64,000 bases of DNA. It comes from Thermotoga profunda AZM34c06. GTDB lineage: Bacteria > Thermotogota > Thermotogae > Thermotogales > DSM-5069. The position numbers were made by a program, and so were the translations under genes. The stretch lies in assembly GCF_000828675.1 (NCBI RefSeq), contig NZ_AP014510.1, forward strand, positions 575,413 through 639,412, in the 5' to 3' direction. How positions within the stretch are numbered: position 1 is the stretch's first letter; every line of letters starts with the position of its first letter. This document shows, piece by piece, positions 60,490 to 64,000 of the stretch. The notes under the pieces are model-generated. The model saw nothing but the letters and a program-made list of their open reading frames with translations. It searched no databases and was not told the origin of the DNA.

Positions 60490-62028
60490 TTATTTATCAA
60501 ACCAAGCGTATTTGACGATTACAAACTCTGTTGGTAGCACCCAAACATCTTTGAGTTCTTTTCTAAATGCGACGACATTAGCCATGTTATACAAAAAGAT
60601 CCACGGGGCATCTTGAACTATCAATTTCTGTACTTGTGTATAGTATTGCATTAATTTGTTCTTATCGAGCTCAAAACCTATCTTGGTGATTAGATCGTCA
60701 ACGGTGGGATTGCTATACATGGCGTTGTTGTCTCTTGTGCCATTTGGTTTGATATTGTCCGAATGGAACAGTGGGTAAAGTACCCAATGTCCTTCACCGG
60801 TTGATGGAGCCCAACCAAGCAAGAACAGCTCATAATTCCAATCGTCTGGGTTGTCCGACGATAGACGGCTGAGATATGTTGCCCATTCCATTGGCTTGAC
60901 ATCTACCGTGACACCGATTTCTTTGAGCATACCTTGAACTGCAATGGCAACTTCGTAGTCGTTCAAATATCTACCCTTTGGAGTAATCAGTTCCAATTTG
61001 AGATTTTCTTGTCCCGCTTCCTTCAAGAGTTGCTTGGCTTTTTGTGGATCATGTGGATAACCGCCCGTTGATACATAACCAACAGTGTATCTTGAGAGTG
61101 GAGAATCCGATGGGATAGCGAGGTTTTTCATGATAGCAGAACAAAGTTTGCTCTTATCAATTGCATAATTGAGAGCTTGTCTAACACGTACATCATTGAG
61201 TGGTGCTTTTCTGGTGTTCATACCTATGTAGATTACCCTCAGACTTGGTTCGACTCTGACAACGAGCCTATCGTCTTTTTGCAATGTCGGTACCAAAGCT
61301 GGTGGTGGGTTGAACATTACATCTGCATCACCGGCTCTTAACTGGTTCACTCGAGTGACGTCTTCAGGTATTATCGTGAAAATTATTCCATCAAGGTAAG
61401 GTTGTCCTTGTCTCCAATAATTTGGATTTTTCACAAGCTCTATTCTCTCACCTATCTTCCATTCTTTGAGCATAAATGGACCTGTTCCAACGGCAGTCCT
61501 TCCCAATTTACCCGGATCAGAGCCAAGTTCATCTATACTCTTTGGCGATGCAATGAGTGCACCTTCGTGCGCAAGTCGATACAAAAATGGTGAAAATGGT
61601 TTTTCCAATACAAACTTGACTGTGTATTCATCCAGCACTTGGATTTCCTTGATAATTCCCTTGAACAAACCCGTTCTCCTTAAGTTGTTGTTCAATACAT
61701 AATCGTAATACTTCTTAACTGCTTGGGCATTGAAATCAGTGCCGTCATGAAATCTAACGCCTTTTCTCAGGTAGAAAGTGTAGGCAGTCCCATCTGCAGA
61801 AACTTCCCAGTTTTCAGCCAAGGCAGGCATCAAATTGAGTTTTTCATCGAATTCAACAAGACCTTCAAAGACATGCCTACAGACAGTAGCACTTATGTTG
61901 TCGGTTTGGTTGGCAGGTAACAAACTCGCTGCGTCGGCGCCCATCACAAATCTCAGGGTCCCACCATATTTAGCGCCAAAGCATAAAGCAACAGTCACTA
62001 CGAAGAAAAGTACCAAGAACTTTTTCAT
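60490..62028 (-). CDS. family 5 extracellular solute-binding protein (OppA-like), paralog 2
   Basis: Start at ATG 62028 (MKKFLVLFF), preceded by GGGGGTG. Long blocks nearly identical to paralog 1 (GGTLRF, WKIGE+IELVKNPNYW+QG+PYLDGI, PMEW). Confidence 0.85.
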   Translation of the reverse strand: MKKFLVLFFVVTVALCFGAKYGGTLRFVMGADAASLLPANQTDNISATVCRHVFEGLVEFDEKLNLMPALAENWEVSADGTAYTFYLRKGVRFHDGTDFNAQAVKKYYDYVLNNNLRRTGLFKGIIKEIQVLDEYTVKFVLEKPFSPFLYRLAHEGALIASPKSIDELGSDPGKLGRTAVGTGPFMLKEWKIGERIELVKNPNYWRQGQPYLDGIIFTIIPEDVTRVNQLRAGDADVMFNPPPALVPTLQKDDRLVVRVEPSLRVIYIGMNTRKAPLNDVRVRQALNYAIDKSKLCSAIMKNLAIPSDSPLSRYTVGYVSTGGYPHDPQKAKQLLKEAGQENLKLELITPKGRYLNDYEVAIAVQGMLKEIGVTVDVKPMEWATYLSRLSSDNPDDWNYELFLLGWAPSTGEGHWVLYPLFHSDNIKPNGTRDNNAMYSNPTVDDLITKIGFELDKNKLMQYYTQVQKLIVQDAPWIFLYNMANVVAFRKELKDVWVLPTEFVIVKYAWFDK

Positions 62029-62060
62029 GCTACACACCCCCTTGTGAGATCTTGAAGATA

Positions 62061-62091
62061 ATTATAGCACCTGAACATTTGTTCATGTCAA
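62061..62091 (-). promoter_or_regulatory. sigma70-like promoter for OppA paralog 2 (TTGACA-19-TGcTATAAT extended -10)
   Basis: Minus strand: TTGACA tgaacaaatgttcaggtgc TATAAT, with a TG dinucleotide before the -10. About 30 nt upstream of the SD. Confidence 0.55.
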
Positions 62092-62120
62092 GTTAACTGC
62101 CCTTTCAAAGACAAATCAAA

Positions 62121-62156
62121 ATAAAAAAACAGGAGAGTTATCTCTCCTGTTTTTTG
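62121..62156 (-). terminator. intrinsic terminator (bidirectional-looking) downstream of the small zinc-ribbon ORF
   Basis: Perfect 9-bp stem ACAGGAGAG-uuau-CUCUCCUGU flanked by A7 on one side and T6 on the other. Confidence 0.75.
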
Positions 62157-62199
62157 ATAGATATATTCTTTTAAAGGGGATAGAATTCTTGATAGTTCC

Positions 62200-62364
62200 T
62201 TAAGGTTGCTTTCCACGGAGATGTGAATATTCCATACAATGGTATTCAAATCCACAGTTTTTACATTTGTAGTTTCGTCCATTGGGATTATTCTGGATGC
62301 CGTATGCTGCTAACTTTACTTTCATTCCAAACAGTTGTGCTTTGTAGGTTGTCATGTCTATCAT
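62200..62364 (-). CDS. small zinc-ribbon-like protein (54 aa), not in the supplied ORF track
   Basis: MIDMTTYKAQLFGMKVKLAAYGIQNNPNGRNYKCKNCGFEYHCMEYSHLRGKQP has a CxxC....HC motif. Followed 45 nt later by a strong terminator. A plausible TTGAAA-17-TAAGAT promoter lies upstream. No strong SD. Confidence 0.35.
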   Translation of the reverse strand: MIDMTTYKAQLFGMKVKLAAYGIQNNPNGRNYKCKNCGFEYHCMEYSHLRGKQP

Positions 62365-62816
62365 CTATCTGAAAAATCATTGATGGATCTTATGATTTGT
62401 GTTATTGTTTTTCAACGGTCTTGTTGTATATTCTTGCTGCAATTTGGTTTAACTCAAAACACAAAGGAAAGAACTTACAGAACTTAATCTTCTGCCATAA
62501 AAGATTAGACCTATGGCAATATACGATGGGGTATTTTCCCAGGATCCTGGTTGGCGCCTTCCATTATATAGTATACGATTTTTTGTTTGTAACAATTTCT
62601 TGTTTTTGCCTTTCTGATGACACTTTGGTGTAGAAAACTCAATGTATTTTGCTATTCATCGCTATAACAGAACTTTGTTGAGGCTAACTTTTTGGAGAAT
62701 ATCATAAAGGCCTTTGATCGTATATTTTCGATGTGGGTATTTTGATTTTTGGAATGGGATTACTTAACTGACAGATCAGGCGAAAATGGTACAAAATATA
62801 ATTGGAGGTGTTTTAA

Positions 62817-63335
62817 ATGAAAATAATATTGAAAGCCATAATCTATTTGATCGTTTTTTCTGTACTTCATTTTGGTTATGAAGTACTAAAATGGCCTTTA
62901 TTAATTATATTTTGTGGTACAGATGAATCTGTTTTTGAACATCTCAAAATGGGTTTCTGGGCGTATTTGATAGTTAGTGTAATTGAATACTTTCTTGTCA
63001 AAAAGAAAGCTCGACAAGAAAATTTTTGGTACTCACGGATTTTTTCAGCGATACTCGCTCCTTGGTTTATAGTCGTAATATGGTACATGTTACCAGCTAT
63101 CATCGGACATGTCGAGTCACTGACTGTTGAGCTCGTTTGGGCGTTTGTAGTTACTTTTCTTTCGGCGATCATGGCTTGCCATTTAGAGAAGAATACTGAA
63201 AGAATCTCGTTGACCAAATGGATCAAAGTGATAATCATCGTTCTCTTTATTTTGTCAGTCGTATTCTATACGAGATTTTCCATTTCAAAACCATGGATCG
63301 ATCTTTTTATCAACCCGCTAAATGTTCAAATATAG
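62817..63335 (+). CDS. hypothetical integral membrane protein (5 TM)
   Basis: 172 aa, hydrophobic throughout. GGAGGTG RBS 8 nt before the ATG. Confidence 0.5.
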   Translation: MKIILKAIIYLIVFSVLHFGYEVLKWPLLIIFCGTDESVFEHLKMGFWAYLIVSVIEYFLVKKKARQENFWYSRIFSAILAPWFIVVIWYMLPAIIGHVESLTVELVWAFVVTFLSAIMACHLEKNTERISLTKWIKVIIIVLFILSVVFYTRFSISKPWIDLFINPLNVQI

Positions 63336-63447
63336 ATTAATAGTATTTTTTGTTCAACTAATTGTTTCATGCAAGGTGTAGATGTTTTAAAGCTTTGTTG
63401 TGTAATATTTTTGTGTGTTTTTTAATTTTTTCGTGGGAGGGAGAAGT

Positions 63448-64000
63448 GTGGACAGATTCTTTCGCTTGAAAGAAAATGGTACTACTGTGCGTCGAGAAGT
63501 CGTTGCAGGAATCACGACATTCCTAACTATGGCTTACATCGTTTTCGTGAATCCTTCCATTCTCATCAACGTTATTCCTGGTGCCACACCTGGTAGTGCT
63601 CTTTATACTCAATTCTTTGGAGCCTTTATGGTGGCAACAATCCTTGGCTCTGTGACAGCAACATTGATCATGGGACTATTTGCAAATTATCCATTTGCTC
63701 TCGCACCAGGAATGGGTTTGAATGCATATTTTGCTTTCACGGTATGTTTGAAGTTGGGTATCGACTGGAGAGTAGCTCTTGCCGCGGTTTTCGTAGAAGG
63801 TCTTATATTCATCTTTTTGACAATCACCGGTGCTCGTGGTTTTGTTGTGAAAGCCGTACCAGATTCAGTGAAGCTGGCAACAGGCGCAGGTATAGGTCTA
63901 TTCATAGCCTTCATAGGGTTAAAGGGGGCAGGGGTTGTTGTAGCTGATCCTGCAACTTTTGTAAGTTTGGGGCGTCTGAATGACCCAAATGTGATAGTTG
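63448..64000 (+). CDS. pbuG: NCS2-family guanine/hypoxanthine (purine) permease, N-terminal part (runs off the window)
   Basis: GTG start after GGGAGGGAG. N-terminus VDRFFRLKENGTTVRREVVAGITTFLTMAYIVFVNPSIL matches PbuG/GhxP-type permeases. The frame stays open to the window end. Confidence 0.8.
   Translation, partial: MDRFFRLKENGTTVRREVVAGITTFLTMAYIVFVNPSILINVIPGATPGSALYTQFFGAFMVATILGSVTATLIMGLFANYPFALAPGMGLNAYFAFTVCLKLGIDWRVALAAVFVEGLIFIFLTITGARGFVVKAVPDSVKLATGAGIGLFIAFIGLKGAGVVVADPATFVSLGRLNDPNVIV

Noticed and set aside
58742-62028. Possibility that the two OppA-like repeats represent a CRISPR or other repeat array, or a mobile duplication.
   Set aside because: The repeat unit is a full-length gene with a diverged sequence, its own promoter and RBS. 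There are no short direct repeats or spacers and no transposase or integrase nearby.
62088-62282. 64-aa minus-strand ORF from the six-frame track.
   Set aside because: It reads straight through the perfect terminator hairpin at 62129-62150 and is out of frame with the better-supported 54-aa zinc-ribbon ORF.
62538-62549. Perfect 12-nt palindrome CCAGGATCCTGG (adjacent GGCGCC).
   Set aside because: It is an isolated short palindrome without flanking repeats or an associated gene. It is most likely chance or a restriction-site-like motif, not a mobile-element end or operator with support.
62397-62633. 78-aa +strand ORF in the long intergenic gap.
   Set aside because: It has no SD, a hydrophobic low-complexity translation, and no family resemblance.
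1-64000. Looked for CRISPR arrays, tRNA/rRNA genes, IS elements or integrases and prophage remnants.
   Set aside because: No direct-repeat/spacer periodicity, no cloverleaf-compatible segments in intergenic regions (all short), and no transposase/integrase-like ORFs were seen.

Overview
This is a gene-dense window from an AT-rich genome with GGAGGTG-type Shine-Dalgarno sites, frequent TTG/GTG starts and tight operons. The content looks like Thermotogae; that lineage call is inference from composition and gene content only. No CRISPR array, tRNA, rRNA or transposase is visible. From start to end:

- A housekeeping minus-strand operon: aspS, a STAS anti-sigma antagonist, cmk, ispH, rpsA, der, plsY, a secreted 537-aa hypothetical protein and a TPR protein.
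- A complete 10-gene de novo purine operon, purE-C-S-Q-L-F-M-N-H-D. It is preceded by a textbook guanine riboswitch (G-box aptamer plus terminator/antiterminator).
- A family-1 encapsulin shell gene translationally coupled to an encapsulated ferritin-like cargo gene (EncFtn/Flp), with its own terminator.
- A hexuronate/pectin-type cluster: an IclR/KdgR-like regulator, KduD, two KduI/IolB-family cupin isomerase paralogs, a small cupin protein and a TRAP transporter (DctPQM).
- A divergent MbfA-like gene (ferritin-like domain fused to a VIT1 iron-transporter domain) with a Fur-box-like palindrome upstream.
- A MoxR AAA+ ATPase, DUF58 protein and DUF4129-like membrane protein cluster that also carries a Cys-rich protein of unknown family.
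- An alpha-mannoside utilization locus: GH38 mannosidase, a PHP-domain protein, a sugar ABC transporter and a GntR-HTH/LacI-type sugar-binding regulator.
- A PatB/MalY-type C-S lyase.
- An Opp/Dpp-type ABC operon with two tandem substrate-binding-protein paralogs. Each has its own strong sigma70-like promoter, and an attenuator hairpin sits between them.
- An unannotated 54-aa zinc-ribbon-like ORF with its own terminator.
- A partial NCS2 purine permease at the window edge.

Several ORF-track starts were corrected using RBS or terminator evidence: cmk, purE, the MalK-like ATPase, DctM, KduI-2, the Cys-rich protein, the regulator, PatB and the encapsulin gene.
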